Below are positions 13,010 through 28,292 of a stretch of DNA of 64,000 bases, one piece after another (positions within the stretch are counted from its first letter, which is position 1; every line of letters begins with the position of its first letter). Location of the stretch: NCBI RefSeq assembly GCF_006345805.1, contig NC_043002.1:82646001-82710000 (forward strand), in the 5' to 3' direction. A program made the position numbers and the translations under genes. The DNA comes from Octopus sinensis (Eukaryota). The notes under the pieces were generated by a model that worked only from the letters and a program-made list of their open reading frames with translations, made no database searches and was not told the DNA's origin.

Positions 13010-15726
13010 CTCTTTTACTAACTTTTCAGTCATTTGACTGCGGCCATGCTGGAGCACCGCTTTTAGTCTAGCAAATCGACCCCAGGGACTTAATCTTTGT
13101 AAGCCTAGTACTTATTCTATCGGTCTCTTTTGCCGAATCCCTAAGTTACGGGGACGTAAACACGCAAGCATCGGTTGTCAAGCGATGTTGAGGGGACAAA
13201 CACAGACACGCAAACACACGCACACACACACATATATATACATATATATGTCGGCCCGAGGCTATAGTAGAAGACACTTGCCCAAGGTACCACGCAGTGG
13301 GACTGAACCTGGAACCATGTGGTTGGTGAGCAAGCTACTTACCATACAGCCACTCCTGCGCCTATATATATATTGTATAAGTCTGAAGTTTTTTTTTCAT
13401 ATTAGAGATATTGTTGTGCTGATGACAGCTATTAGGAGAGAAATACGTGTTCACGATTTTCCTCATCTCCGTTCAAAAAGTTTGTCCTTTTCTTAATGGC
13501 ATATCACCTTCGGAGAAATTCTTAAATCTTGAGATTATCTCCCTCTTCTCAAGTGAAGCTAGTCTTAATTGCCATTTGGCAATTATAATATATCCTGTAG
13601 AGGCGGAGATCATTTTTGCAAATCAAGAATTTATTGTATACGTGTACGTATATGGCTGTTGTATGATGTGTGTGTGTGTGTGCGTGTGTGTGTGTGTGCG
13701 TGTGCGTGTAGAGTTTTTGTACGGTACACGTAATAATACTTAGAAGCAAAAAGTTGATGTGGTAAGTAAATTAATTGATCTACAGGAAAAGTTCAACGAT
13801 TAAAATTACCGTCGGTTTCCTCGTACACTTCGTCAGACCGTGATACAGAAATATTGTATTTATATTATTTTTCACTAGTTATAGATAAGGTAGTTTCTGG
13901 TCTTGAGCTGATTTGATTGGTGTTCAAAAGTGCTTATCTATTTTTTGGTATAGTGCTATGTCCTTAAGGAGAAGGTGATAAAGTTAGTTTAAGTGGTGAT
14001 GAACCATTTTTATTTGTAGTATGGGTTTCTGAGTAGAGATAAAGTGGTGTTGTTGTATTTAGGTAACGCTTTATATTAAACAATTATACACATAAACTCT
14101 CAATATATAAATAGACATATAATGCGTTCGGAAATAAAATTTCAAAAAATGCTTTTTCTCATTTTAAAAGTGTATTTGAAACTTCTTCTTTATCAATGGA
14201 AGAGAATATGGCTTAATTCAGTCTTTCACATTGAAATTTATGGTCAAGAGTCAGTAATAGAAAAACTAGGAATGTACACAGAGAATTGCATGCATTGTAG
14301 AACCGCCTGATAATTAACTCCTTGAGCCCTGACCACCTTGGCGCTATTTGATCCTATTCCTGAGCTCTTGGGACATGTTTGTACCCGGTTCGGACAGGGA
14401 TTAGAAGCGAGGCTGTCAAAACACAGATGATACGGCTTTTACATTCTCATTAGGTTATAAGGCAACAAACATTTTATATGTACTTGCAAATGGTTGGGCG
14501 ATTAAAAGAGGATCAAAACATGCATAATCAAACATATGTTACACTTAGTGACCCCGCATCACTTTACCGGTGCTACAGCATTGCCACCGCTATATGAGTG
14601 TTACGGATTCTAAGGTTTAAGGGTATCTCATGAACATTTTCTTTCCGTTTCAGGTTTTTAAAAAGTTTTGTTTTTAAATGTGTTGTGAAGTTACATTTGT
14701 TCAACAAATATTATAGAGTTTTCTGTCAACATCTCCAACATTAATTCTTTTACTGATTTTCAATCATTTATCCGCGGCCACGCTGGAGCACTGCCTTTAG
14801 TCGAACAAACGACCCTAAAACTTATTCTTTGTAAGCCTAATACTTATTTTATCGGTCTCTTTAGCCGAAGCGCTAAGTTACGGCGGCGTAAACACACCAA
14901 CATCGGTTGTCAAGCGATGATGCGGGGACAAACACAGACACACAAACACACACACGCACACACACACACATATATATATGTATATACACGTATATATATA
15001 CGACGGGCTTCTTTCAGTTTCCGTTTACCAAATCCACTCACAAGGCTTTGGTTGGCCCGAGGCTTTATCAGAAGATACTTGCCTAAGATACTATGCGGTG
15101 GATACTGAACCTAGATCCATGTGGTTGGGAAGCAAGCTTCTTACCACACAGCCACTCCTATGACAAATACATTTCACAACTAAATCGATAAACTAGCTAT
15201 AAATTAAAAAGATATTTTAAAAATTCCAATCGTCTTCTTGTTTTAGTTTAAGAAGCTGAAACATGAATATTGTTTGGAAAACTTTAGACGGCTTTTGTGG
15301 TAAAATTGTAAAACTTTGAAAATTTCCTTCTTCCACCGAACAAGTCAAATACAGAATCACATTTACACAGACATGTATATACACACACGTAAACAAATAG
15401 TTACTCATACGTGCATTAAAATGTTTATAAGCTTTAAAATTTATTAATGCAGGCTCCACAGATAGACACAAAGGCGCACATGCTAACAGACACCCACGCA
15501 TGTAGATATGCGAGCACTTAAATACAGATGCAAACATTAACACGCAGTCACAGACACTAATATAATACACAGACACACACAAACACACACATACAATCTC
15601 ACACTACACACGCGCGCATATATATAAGTATGTGTGTGCGTGTATGTGTGTGAGTGTGATGTAATTGGCATTTTAATCGTTATAAAACGTACGCCGCTCC
15701 TTCCAGCTCAGTATATATATATATAT

Positions 15727-16879
15727 ATATTTAAACTAATTAAATATTATTTTACAGAATAATAGAATTAAAATTTCTTGGATTAAAACCGGAAGTATTC
15801 ATGGAGCATTTAAGACATATAATACTTTATGAGTACAAAAAAGGAAACTCTGCAACCGAGGCGACTCGAAACATACACTCAGTTTATGGGAAAGAATGCT
15901 TGAATGAAAGAATTTGCTGAAGATGATCTGCAAAATTCAGAAATGTAAATTTCAGCCTTGAAGATGAAGATCGAACAGGACGTCCCGTTGAGTTTGATGA
16001 TAAGTTCCTTGAGGCATAGCTTGAAGAAAATCCTGCATTATCAGTTGAAGAATTGGCATTAAAACTTAGTTCAAACCATACAACTGTTCATCGTCATCTT
16101 CAACACTTGGAAAATGGGTGCATCATGAATTGTCCGAAAGCAACCGCAAATCCCGAGGTGACATCTGCTCTCCATTATCTCCATTCTATCGAACTCATTT
16201 CACCCTTTTTGGATAGACTTGTGACTGATGACGAAAAATGGATCTTCTATCGAAATGGTAAGATCGTAAACAGTGGCTTGGTAAAAGGGAAAAAGTTCAA
16301 CCACAACCGAGAAGGGAACTTCGTGGGGAAAAGGTTCTTCTCTCTATCTGGTGGGATCGCAAAGGAGTAATTCACTTTGAATTGGTCCCACCTAATGCAA
16401 CAATCAATGCTCAAGTCTTTTGTCAGCAATTAGAGCGTTTGAACCAAGCTTTGAAGAAAAAAGATCCGCTTTAGTGAATCGAAAAGGAGTAATGTTTCAT
16501 CAGGAGAATGCGTGACCCCACACTGCAAAGCTCACATGGTAGAAGATCGAAGAGTTTGTTTGGGAAAATTCCTCATCCATCTTATTCTCCCAACCTTGCT
16601 CCTTCAGACTATCATTTGTTTCGTAGTTTACAGAATCATTTGGAGGACATAACTTTCGCAAGCCGGGGAGTGGGGTCGAAACTGACATTTCAGAGTTCTT
16701 CGCTTTGAAACCAAAAGAGTTTTACATTGATAGGATTAAAAAGCTTGTAAATAGATGGAAGGAAGTCGTAGATAATCAGAGAAAGTACATTGATGATTAA
16801 ATTTCAATTAAATATATCATTTGATCACTTGTTTTTTGCTTATTTAAAATTCGGACATAACTAATGGGATGACCTGATA
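15727..16879 (+). mobile_element. Mariner transposon, degenerate, left TIR missing
   Basis: Transposase remnants (HIILYEYK.., VTDDEKWIFY, HPSYSPNLAPSDYHLFRSLQNHL). Right TIR ends at ATGACCTGATA. Confidence 0.9.
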
Positions 16880-17211
16880 CATGCATTTTCGATTCCCAGA
16901 CCGGGCGTTGTGAGTGTTTATTGAGCGAAAGCACCTAAAGCTCCACGAGGCTCTGGTAGGGGGTTGTAGCGAACCCTGCTGTACTCTTTCACCACAACTT
17001 TCTCTCACTCTTTCTTCCTGTGTCTGTTGTACGTGTATTTCAAAGGACCAGCCTTGTCACGCTCTGTATCACGCTGAATCTCCCCGAGAACTACGTTAAG
17101 GGTACACGTGTCTGTGGAGTGCTCAGCCACTTGCACGTTAATTTGACGAGCAGGTTTTTCCGTTGATCGGATCAACTGGAACCCTCGTCGTCGTAACCGA
17201 CGGAATGTTCC

Positions 17212-17251
<40 letters not shown>

Positions 17252-18080
17252 CGTGTGTGTGTGTATGTATGTATGTACGTATGTATGTATGTATGTATGT
17301 ATGTATGTATGTATGTATGTATGTATACACATGCATACACAAATACGGCGCAATGTTTATGTGTATATATATATATATATATGTATGTATGGTGGTGTTT
17401 ATGCGTGTATATGCATATGTATGAGGGTATTTATATACATAAGTGTGTAGTTATTCAGCCTCGAATAATTTAATGTTTTTGTGTGATTGTGTGCGTTCGT
17501 GTACATGTGTTGTACTGAAAACACGACTGCGTTCTATCTTCATCATGTTCTATTTGATTATGGCTTCCTTGTTTCAAAAAATAAAGTTCTCAAATCCGTT
17601 GGTAGAATTTCGGAATCTTCACAATCACATCTTCTGTATGATGTGATGTTGATGTGTATTGCTGCTGACCTATTGACTGAAATGGACGCAGGCTTAACTA
17701 AATGGCTAAAAAAAAATGGTTTGCTTCTCAATCGTGGGGTCCCAGGTTCGATCCAATTGCATGGCATGTTGGTCAAGATTTTTTTTCTCCCTAGTGTCTA
17801 ACCTTGGGATGGAAGTAGGGTTGGTGGAAACTGCCTGAAGGCCGATTGTGCCTATGGACAGATGAAATGGTTATAAAGTGATATTCATTTAGGTAGAAAG
17901 AATGATATCATTTATGTATATAAGGGAAGTTCACATTAGAAAGGTAGGAAGTAAAATAAGTAGTAGACCAGAATAGATGCATCAGGTTCCTGTACGGAAA
18001 TAAATTTTATTGCTATTATGTTAAACTGCCGTATGTCCAAATTGTGCCAATGCGTTTTTCTTTTTCTTCAATACTCTTTT

Positions 18081-18295
18081 ACTCTTTTACTTGTTTCAGT
18101 CATTTGACTGCGGCCATGCTGGAGCATCGCCTTTAATCGAGCAACTCGACCCCGGGACTTATTCTTTTGTAAGCCCAGTACTTATTCTATCGGTCTCTTG
18201 TGCCGAACCGCTAAGTAACGGGGACATAAATGCACCAGCATCGGTTGTCAAGCAATGCTAGGGGGACAAACACAGACACACAAACACACACGTGC

Positions 18296-18341
<46 letters not shown>

Positions 18342-18518
18342 ATATATATATACGACCGGCTTCTTTCAGTTTCCGTCTACCAAATCCACTCACAAGGCTT
18401 TGGTCGGTCCGAGGCTATAGTAGAAGACACTTGCCCAAGGTGCCACACAGTGGGACTGAACCCGGAACCATGTGGCTGGTAAACAAGCTACTTACCACAC
18501 AGCCACTCCTGCGCCTAT
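18081..18518 (-). mobile_element. tRNA-derived SINE family B with an internal microsatellite; other copies at 13011-13365(-), 14761-15160(-), 19141-19557(-), 21902-22350(+), 27391-27830(+), partials at ~4961-5110 and ~8150-8350
   Basis: Head GGCGCAGGAGTGGCTGTGTGG with box-B-like GGTTCAGTCCC; shared 3' end CAGTCAAATGACTGAAACAAGTAAAAGA. Confidence 0.85.
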
Positions 18519-19056
18519 TAATATTTATTTTTGTTTGCAATAGCCTGTTCTTTTGGTCAAACTATCGCATCTTCAGCTGCTTCAGATGCCAAGATATAAA
18601 AAGAAATTGTCAAAGTGTAGTACAACGGTTTTGCTATGGAATGGTGAAACTATATTTTCGTTTTCTGAAAAAGCAACGTTTCGGACTTACGACTCTTACG
18701 TTGCATAAAAGCAACGATTTATGCATTAATAAAGTTTTCAAATTGTTGTAGCATGGTATTTTATTACCAAATTTATTGAGTTTTAGTAGCAGTTATATAG
18801 TTTTGGATTTTAAACGTTATTTTCTAATTGCAAAATTTTATTTTTTAATCCAGTCATAAGGGAATGCATTGTCCCTGCATTAAGGGCACACATGCTTGTA
18901 AAAAATAACTTAACCTCCTATACGTTTATTCAACTATCTTGGCTGTTTATTTGATCGAAAAACTGAAAATCCACGATCAAAACTTCTTCCCGAGATCCCA
19001 TTTATTATACAGTAATGCGGAACCCTAACCGCATAATTAAGAACTTCACTTCACTG

Positions 19057-19110
<54 letters not shown>

Positions 19111-20009
19111 TAATATATATATATATATATATGTTCTCCTCTTTCTCTTTTACTTGTTTCAGTCATTTGATTGAGGCCATGGTGGAGCACCGCCTTTAGT
19201 CGATCGAGCAAATCGACCCAAGGACTTATTCTTTGTAAGCCTAGTACTTATTCTATCGTTTCTTTTGCCGAACCGCTAAGTTGCGGGGATGTAAACACAC
19301 CAGCATCGGTTGTCAAGCGATTTTTTTTTGGGGTGGTGGGAGAAACACAGACCACAAGCATATATACACACATACATATATATATATATACATATATACA
19401 TTTATACGACGGGCTTCTTTCAATTTTCGTCTACCAAAATCCACTCACAAAGCTTTGGTCGGCCCGAAGCTATAGTAGAAGACACTTGCCCAAGGTGCCA
19501 CGCAGTAGGACTGAACCTGGAACCATGTGGTTGGTAAGCAAGCTACTTACCACACAACGTATCACCATTGTGAAATCGGGTTCGGCGCACAGCAATTTAT
19601 TCTACACTAGCTTCGGGTTTATTCCTATCCCTACCAAAGAAATTGTCGTGACAAAAATTGCTTTCAATCCGACCCGTCTCTACTTTTTCCTGGTTTCTAG
19701 CGCAAACATGTGCCTCGCTTTGACATAATCACGTGACCCGTGGGTGCCTTTAGCGGAATGCACTTTATGATTGTGGTCTCCGGTTTGAAGATAACACGAT
19801 AGCTTGATAAGCTGTTTCCTATTGCAGCGATCCCTGCATCATCGTTTCTTCATAACTTCTCCGCCATCAGTTTTGGGATGAGTTGCAAAGGTCACAGACG
19901 CTTCCCATCCCCCTCATCTTCCTCCCACTAAACCATTAAAATTTTATTTATTTATACACACACACAAATACACACACATACAAACATTTATATATATATA
20001 CATTATACG

Positions 20010-20058
<49 letters not shown>

Positions 20059-20159
20059 ATACATGCTTAGAGAGAGAAAAAGAAAGAAAATTGTAAAATT
20101 TTTCTAATCTCGTGACTTAAGGGAGATATTTTTAACTTCTGTATATGAGTGTGTGTAGG

Positions 20160-20406
20160 TGGAAGTGCGTGGCTTAATGGTTAAGGCGCTGGACTCATGA
20201 TCGTAGGATTGTGGTTTCAATTCATGGACCGGGCGACGCGTTGTATTCTTGAGCAAAACCCTTCATTTCACGTTGCTCCAGTCCACTCAGCTGACGAAAA
20301 TGAGTAATCCTGTGATAGACTGGCGTTCCGTCCAGGTGGGCGAATTTATACGCCATTGAAGCCGGCAAACCAGCCCTTATGAGCCTGGCAGGCTCAAGAA
20401 GGAAAC

Positions 20407-20480
<74 letters not shown>
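20160..20480 (+). mobile_element. tRNA-derived SINE family D with an (ATT)n tail; related copies at ~43165-43600
   Basis: TGGCTTAATGG box A, GGTTTCAATTC box B-like sequence and (TTA)n tail. Confidence 0.65.
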
Positions 20481-20496
<16 letters not shown>

Positions 20497-20577
20497 TTTA
20501 TTTTATATGAGTATGTGTACGGATATGTATATATGTATATGTATAGGTGTATATACATATATGTATATGTATGTGTG

Positions 20578-20676
<99 letters not shown>

Positions 20677-20681
20677 GTATA

Positions 20682-21880
20682 TTAGGTTGTCACGCATGAA
20701 ATGTATTTCAAAGGTAACAATAAAATGTTTCAGAAGTGTAAGAGAACTAATTTATTTAATCAAAGTATGATCCATGTTCATTTATAACGTTTACCCAACG
20801 TTTCTCTATGTCATATATTCCATCTTTAAAAAAATTTTCTTCTTTTACTGTGATAAACTGTCCGAACGTTTCAATTACCTCTTCTCTATTTAAGAATGTT
20901 TTATTGATTATGAAAAGCTCAAAGTACTTTAAAAAGTGATGATCAGTAGAAGAGATATCAGAGGAATAGGGAGGATGTTGCAAAATCTCATTATTCAGGC
21001 TTTGTAACTTTTGGACCGTAGCTTGAGAAGTGTGAGGACGTTCATTGTCATGGAGCAAAATTAGGCCATCTCCATTCACTAGTCTGGGTTCCTTCTTTTT
21101 TTTTTCAAATCTTCATGCATACAATCAATTTCCTAGCAATACAATATTTGCAAAGATGAATAATGAATAACCCCCTTCGCAGACCACCTTAGAGTGATCA
21201 CTGACTTTTTAGGGTGCATTATTGGTTTTGGGTAGTGTTTAGGTGACTCTCCTGCATCTAATCACTGTCCTGTTCTCCGGCTGTTGTCAAAGAGTATCCA
21301 TTTCTCATCACATGTAATGATTCGATGCAAAAATGGTTCTTTTTCCAGTCGAGAAAGCAATAATAAATCTTGTTCAGTTGATATGGAACAAATCTATCCA
21401 TTTTCTTGAATTTTCCAATTTCTTTCAGGTATCGAGAAACAGTTGTATGAAGTGTTTGGAGTTCTGGTGAAAGTTTTCTGACCGTTGTTCTCGGATTTTG
21501 TTCAAGAAAGCATTTAATCCATCATGCTGAATAACTGATTTTGGCCTCCCCCTTGGTTCGTTTAAAAGGCTATCATCCCCTGAACGAGATCTTTGGAACC
21601 ATCTCTGAACAGTTCTGATGTCAACAAAACCATTACCAAAGGCCCGCTTGATATTCCGTAGAGCTGCGGCAGAGTGACCCAGTTTGTACTCATGCAAGAA
21701 AATCACTCCACATTGTTTGGTTGTTATCATTTTCATGAGATCTGTGGATGCGCATTTTGTATACCAATATTGTCTGGAAAGAAAAAGAGTCAAGATTAAA
21801 TTAAAGGGTATACACAATTGAGCTTTTAAATGACTGAAATAACAATTAAAAATGTGACATTTCATGTGTGACAACCTTAT
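20682..21880 (-). mobile_element. Mariner transposon (second family), frameshifted
   Basis: TIRs T(T/A)AGGTTGTCAC(G/A)CATGAAATGT. ORF 21425-21874 encodes the HTH; ORF 20756-21079 has LHDNERPH...HPPYSSDISSTDHH. Confidence 0.92.
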
Positions 21881-22066
21881 TTTATATATATATATATATA
21901 TATAGGCGCAGGAGTGGCTGTGTGGTGAGTAGCTTGCTTATGAACCACACACTTCCGAGTTCAGTCTCACTGCGTGACACCTTGGGCAAGTGTCTTCTAC
22001 TATAGCCTCGAGCCAACCAAAGCTTTGTGAGTGAATTTGATAGACGAAAGCTGAAAGAGCTCCTCG

Positions 22067-22151
<85 letters not shown>

Positions 22152-22420
22152 GGTGTGTCTGTGTTTGTTCCCCCAACGTCGCTTGACAACCGATGCTGGT
22201 GTGCTTACGTCCCCGTAGCTTTGCGGTTCGGCAAAGGTGACCGATAGAATAAGTACTAGGCTTACAAAAAATAAGCCCTGAGGTCGGTTTGCTCAACTTT
22301 AGGCGGTGCTCCAGCATGGTCACAGTCAAATAACTGAAACAAATAAAAGAATATATATGTATAGGATACTGTGTTATCTTATATGCACCAACATATGAGC
22401 ATTTGAGTCGAAAAAGCATG

Positions 22421-23668
22421 TATCAGGTCATCCCATTAGTTATGTCCGAATTTTGAATAAAGAAAACTTGTGATCATATGTTATATTTAATTGAAATTTA
22501 ATCATCAATGTACTTTCTCTGATTATCTATGACTTCCTTCCATCTGTTTACAAGCTTTTTAATCCCATCAATGTAAAACGCTTTTGGTTTCAAAGCGAAG
22601 TACTCTGATATGTCAGTTTCGACCTCCACCTAGCGAAACAAATCGTAGTATGAAGGAGCAAGGTCGTGAGGATAAGGTGTATGAGGAATTTTTTCCCAAC
22701 AATGCTCTTCGATCTTCTCTGATGTGATCTTTGCAGTGTGGTGTCGCACATTGTCCTGATGAAACATCACTCCTTTTCAATTCACTAAAGCGGGTCTTTT
22801 TTCTTCAAAGCTTGGTTCAAACGCTCTAATTGCTGACAGTAGACTTGAGCATTGATTGTTGCATTAGGTGGGACCAATTCAAAGTGAATTACTCTTTTGC
22901 AATCCCACAAGATAGAGAGAACCTTTTTCCCACGAAGTTCCCTTCTCGGTTGTGGTTGAGCTTTTTCCCTTTTACCAAGCCACTGTTTACGACGTTAACA
23001 TTTCGATAGACGATCCATTTTTCGTTACCAGCCACAAGTGTATCCAAAAAGGGTGAAATGGGTTCGAGAGAATGGAGATAATGGAGAGCAGATGTCACCT
23101 CGGGATTTGCGGTTGCTTTCGGATAATTCATTAGGCACCCATTTTCCAAGTTTAGGAACCTTTCCGAGTTGTTGAAGATGATGAACAGTTGCATGGTTTG
23201 AACTAAGCTTTATTGCTAATTCTTCAACTTATAATGCAGGATTTTCTTCTAGTAATTCCTCAAGGAGCTTATCATCAAACTCAACTGGACGTCCTGTTCG
23301 ATCTTCATTTTCAAGGCCGAAATCTCCACTTCTGAATTTTGCAGACCATCTTCTGCAAGTTCTTTTATTCAAGCATTCTTTCCCATAAACTGAGTGTATG
23401 TTTCGAGTCGCTTCGGGTGCGGAGTTACAGTTTTTGTACTCATAAAGCATTATGTGCCTTAAATACTCTTTGGATACTTCCAAGTTAGAAAAGGTTTTAA
23501 TCAAAGAAATTTTAATTCTATTATTCTGTAAAATAATATTTAATTAGTTTAAATATACACAAATGCATAAAGATAATTTTAATTCCATTAGACATTCTAA
23601 AATACTATTAAATTTCATTCAATTTTAAAAAAGGTGAAATCGGACAGAACTTAAGTGATGACCTGATA
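22421..23668 (-). mobile_element. Mariner transposon, full length, degenerate; same family as 15727-16879
   Basis: TIRs TATCAGGTCATC... at both ends. ORF 23229-23504 encodes the HTH (EYLRHIMLYEYK...RTCRRWSAKFRSGDFGLENEDRTGRP). Confidence 0.92.
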
Positions 23669-25063
23669 TATATGTGTGGGTCGATTTATAAATGTGTGTG
23701 CGCATATATATATATATATATAATTATATATAATATATATATATATATATAACAAATTAATAAAACATATGCATATATACATATATGTACGTACCTACAT
23801 CTACATGTATATATACATGCATATATGGGTACAGGACACCAAAAAACGTCGAACACAATGAGAAACGAAAACATAAACACAAAACCAAGGAACTGGACAT
23901 TTTTCTAAACAACGAAAAATAGAGTACAGAACAAATAACACAAGGAAAATTCCCCTTCTTCAGTCGCCATGGTTTCATATACTCTGCGTTTCGAAGGTGA
24001 AGGTGAGATGCATCTTCGATTGAAACATTCCTTCCCGCGAAAAGCAAATTAAATAAAATTTGAGATCTTTTTGCGGAGGGGTAAAAATGGTAACAAAAAC
24101 AGGACAGTAACGACAGTACATATATATATATATGCACGTATGTATGTATGTATGTATGTATGTATGTATGTATGTATGTATGTATGTATGTATGTATGCA
24201 TGCATGTATGTATGTATGTATGTACGTACGTATGTATGCATGCATATGTGTGTGTGTGTGTGTGTATGTGTGTGTGCGTGCGTATACAGCGAGGGAATGA
24301 AGTGAGAGGCGATATCGTCTGCCAGACCGTCAAACTGTTGCTGCATGTGGCCAGTGCAATGATTTCCAAGAAATGTCAATCATTTCGAAGAGTGGAGAAC
24401 AATTCAAGACGCAGACAACTGTCCTACTTTGATGAGCTGTCAACCGGAACCGGAAGTAATATAATTTGAAATTCTTAGCTGCAATAGATTAACAAAAAGA
24501 GGCTTGACGTCTTTTCCTTTTGTTTTCCATCATTTTGTTTCGTTTTCATTTTTAAAAGGTTTTTTTTATTTTTATCCATTTAACTTTCTGAATTTTCTGA
24601 GAGTTTTGTGTGCATGTGTGTATGTGTGTATGGAGGGGAAGGGTATGTTTGTGTGTGTGAGTGTGTTTTCCTTTTGTTACTTGCTTTTTTGGGGGGTATT
24701 TTTTGTCGTTTTAATTTTCAAGTGGCATACAAGGAAAACGATTTAACTGACTGAAACTGGCTCTTCTCTCTCAAGCTTTATGTTACATTTTCTATTTGAT
24801 CTTGTTGTTGTTGTTGTTGTTGTTACTGTTGCCGATGGTGGTGGTGATGGTGTTGATCTTATTGTTGCTGTTGTCTTGTGGGTGGAGCGGGTTATTTTAC
24901 ACACACATACACCTACACACAGCCATAGCTTTATAAGGAAGAACATACGCATACATACACGCACAAATACACAGGAGCACATGCATACGTTCACATAACT
25001 ATTCGAAAAATTGCATACAGACATGCACATACACGCACGCGCATGCACACACACACAAACACA

Positions 25064-25118
<55 letters not shown>

Positions 25119-25560
25119 GTATACCCACATACGCGCACAAATGTAGAACAGAGTTAAGAACTCTCAGAGATTTGCGATTTGGGACATGTGCGTGTGTGTG
25201 TATGCGTGTGTATATGTGTGTGCGTGTGTGTGAGTGCACGCGCGCATGTGTATGTGGAGGGTGCAGGCTTATGTGTGTGTACGTGTGTGTGTGTGTGTGA
25301 GTGTGTGCGTATGTGTGCACGTGTGTGTGCACGTGTGTGTGCATGTGTATTTGCACAATTTTATGTTTGTTTTTATGTCGTCTTATAAAAACAATTTACC
25401 GTTCAACTGGGGAATTGATATTTTTTACTCAAGCTTAAAGTTGTTAACTTTTACCAGGAAAAAATTGTCACTGACTTCGAAGTTTCGGCTTGCTCACATT
25501 CTTCATCCTGTCTGATGAAGTCCTGTCAAACTTTTACTTTTAAAATTTAATGTACGTGTG

Positions 25561-25642
<82 letters not shown>

Positions 25643-25684
25643 TACAGACAGACTGGCAGACAACAGTCAGACAGACAGACAGAC

Positions 25685-25756
<72 letters not shown>

Positions 25757-27338
25757 TGACAGACAAATAGATAGACAGACAAACAGATAATACATGCATA
25801 CGTTTGGATATATACCTGTACACGTTTGTTTCATGTGTGTGTGTGTGTGCGTGTGTGTGTGCGCGCGCGCGCGTGTGTGTGTGTGTGTGTGTTTCATCTA
25901 CGTAATTTATGTAATTTCATCCGCTGGCAATCATGGTAGTTTCCCGGGTGGCCCTCGAGTATAGTATACACCCGGTTAGTCTGCTGAGCAATCACTCAGG
26001 TGGTTGTTCTTTTTCGTCGTTGGTCGATGATATTTCAGAGACAGTAGATTAACCACCTCTGCTGTTCTTGGACTGTTTTTGAAACAAGTGCCTCACCTCA
26101 AGTACACATTCCATCTCTCCCCTCGTGGATATGACGCAAAGCAAAGACCAGCGAATATGTTCACAGCATCCATGGAACTGATTGGGAATTGGTTAAGTAT
26201 AACCTTACAGATATTAGTTACATATAACCTTACATATCTGCATTAGGGTTCCTCATTTTGGACTTTCTGTCGAGGTTCACTCCCTTTATATTTTTCAGTG
26301 ATTACCCCCGTAAAGCAGTTTATTATTATAGAGGGTATGGTTTGTGCAAAGCTAATTCCACTTTCTTGTCCATCAATCTCGTATTGCTCTGATACAACAA
26401 GTGTTGCGAGCCCTGTAGTTATCAAAATACATGATTTGTATGGAAACCTTCACTTAGATGAGCAACTAAAGCGTTGAAGAGCCTCATCTACCCTGAGGCC
26501 ATTGGGATGTCCGTCAGTGACCTTCTTCCAGAAGTACCCCTCAGGTAGCCATTGGCCTTTCCACCAACTACCCCACGTCCAACAAATTTACTGCTTGAAT
26601 TGTTGTTGTTGTGTCTCCTCGGGTCAGAAGGCAGACATTTAATGATATTCTTGATATGACCACTCCGTAGATCAGGCACAATATTTTCCAGTGTGCCCTT
26701 CCTATATTTAAGACACTCAGATCTGACTAGAGAAAGATTTAGCTATTATTTCGAGCAGATCTAATGTCCGTTTTAGTTACCGTTGCTGTTGCTGTTTAGC
26801 GCTAGGCCAATCCTTGTTAAGAAAACAAGTAATTAGATTTGTTCCAGCTATGACCATCCCATCTTTAATGCATAATGTATCCAGCAGAATATAATCCTGT
26901 ATGCAGGTGTCACTTTCTCTTTTTGAGAAGATACTGTGATTTAAGCAATATTTGGCTGCTATTTCTAGTACGTGGAACGACTTCTTCTTTGACTAGTGCT
27001 GGTGGTTATAGATTTTGGTGCTGTCTAAACACAAGTCAACCTTTTCGAGCAGATCCATGATCAAAGATCTTCCAGTAGGAAACATCTAACTTCTTGATGC
27101 TGCACATATAGCTGTTCTATACCAGTGTTTCACAAAACGAATGTACCCCACCACCCCGAGTGGTATGGAAATCTCTATTGGTAAATAGGGGCAAGGCACC
27201 ATTAGGCAGACGACCGAAGAATCTGTAGAATTTGTCTTCTATTTAAATATTAACTTCCAAAAACTTTTAATTTGATATGTTAAATTGCTTCTTAGCCACA
27301 ATCACAAGAACGACAATAACAGCAACATACAACATCGA

Positions 27339-27375
<37 letters not shown>

Positions 27376-27551
27376 AATAATAATAATATCGGTGCAGGGA
27401 TGGCTGTGTGGTAAGTAGTTGCTTACCAACCACATGGTTCTGAGTTCGGTCCCACTGAGTGGCACCTTGTGCAAATGTCTTCTACTATAGCCTCGGGCCG
27501 ACCAAAACCTTGTAAGTGGATTTGGTAGACGGAAACTGAAAGAAGCCCGTG

Positions 27552-27586
<35 letters not shown>

Positions 27587-27838
27587 TGTATGTATGTATG
27601 TATGTATGTATGTTTGTATGTGTGTGTATGTTTGTGTGTTTGTGTGTTTGTGTTTGTCCTACAACATCGCTGGTGTGTTTACGTCCCCGTAACTTAGCGG
27701 TTCAGCAAAATAGGCCGACAGAAGAAGTACTAGGCTTACAAAGAATAAGTCAAGGGGTCGATTTCTTCGACTAAAGGCGGTGTTCCAGCATAGCCGCAGT
27801 CAAATGTCTGAAACAAGTAAAAGAGTAAAAGAGTGGTG

Positions 27839-27901
<63 letters not shown>

Positions 27902-28292
27902 ATGGCATTGTCAAAATTTGAGGGTATTTTCATACATGCAATACAGACGTTCACTGCACCGAAAGCATTAGGTAACGTCCTGATTCATGTGTGCATGTGT
28001 GTGTGTGTGTGTGTATGTGCGTGTGTGTGTGTGTGTGCGTGTGTGTGTGTGCATACGTGTGTGAGTGGGTGTGTGGGTGTGTACATGCTTAAACGTTAAT
28101 TCTAGCTATGAGTGTCATTTATGAATCTCACAATCTACCCACGTTTATAAACAGATATGTGTAAACTCGGAGGCGACCAGAGTCAATCTATGTGTATGTG
28201 AGGGGAAACATATCTGAAATACATCTGTAAATCGGAATATAAAGATAAATGTCCGCTGGGAGAGCTACACGGTTATATACAATGCATATAAG

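Noticed and set aside
26486-26509. IYPEAIGM, resembling the SLC6 VYPEAIATM motif
   Set aside because: No GPGLxF context, no suitable splice sites, stops nearby, and the true exon is at 38580. Most likely a chance match.
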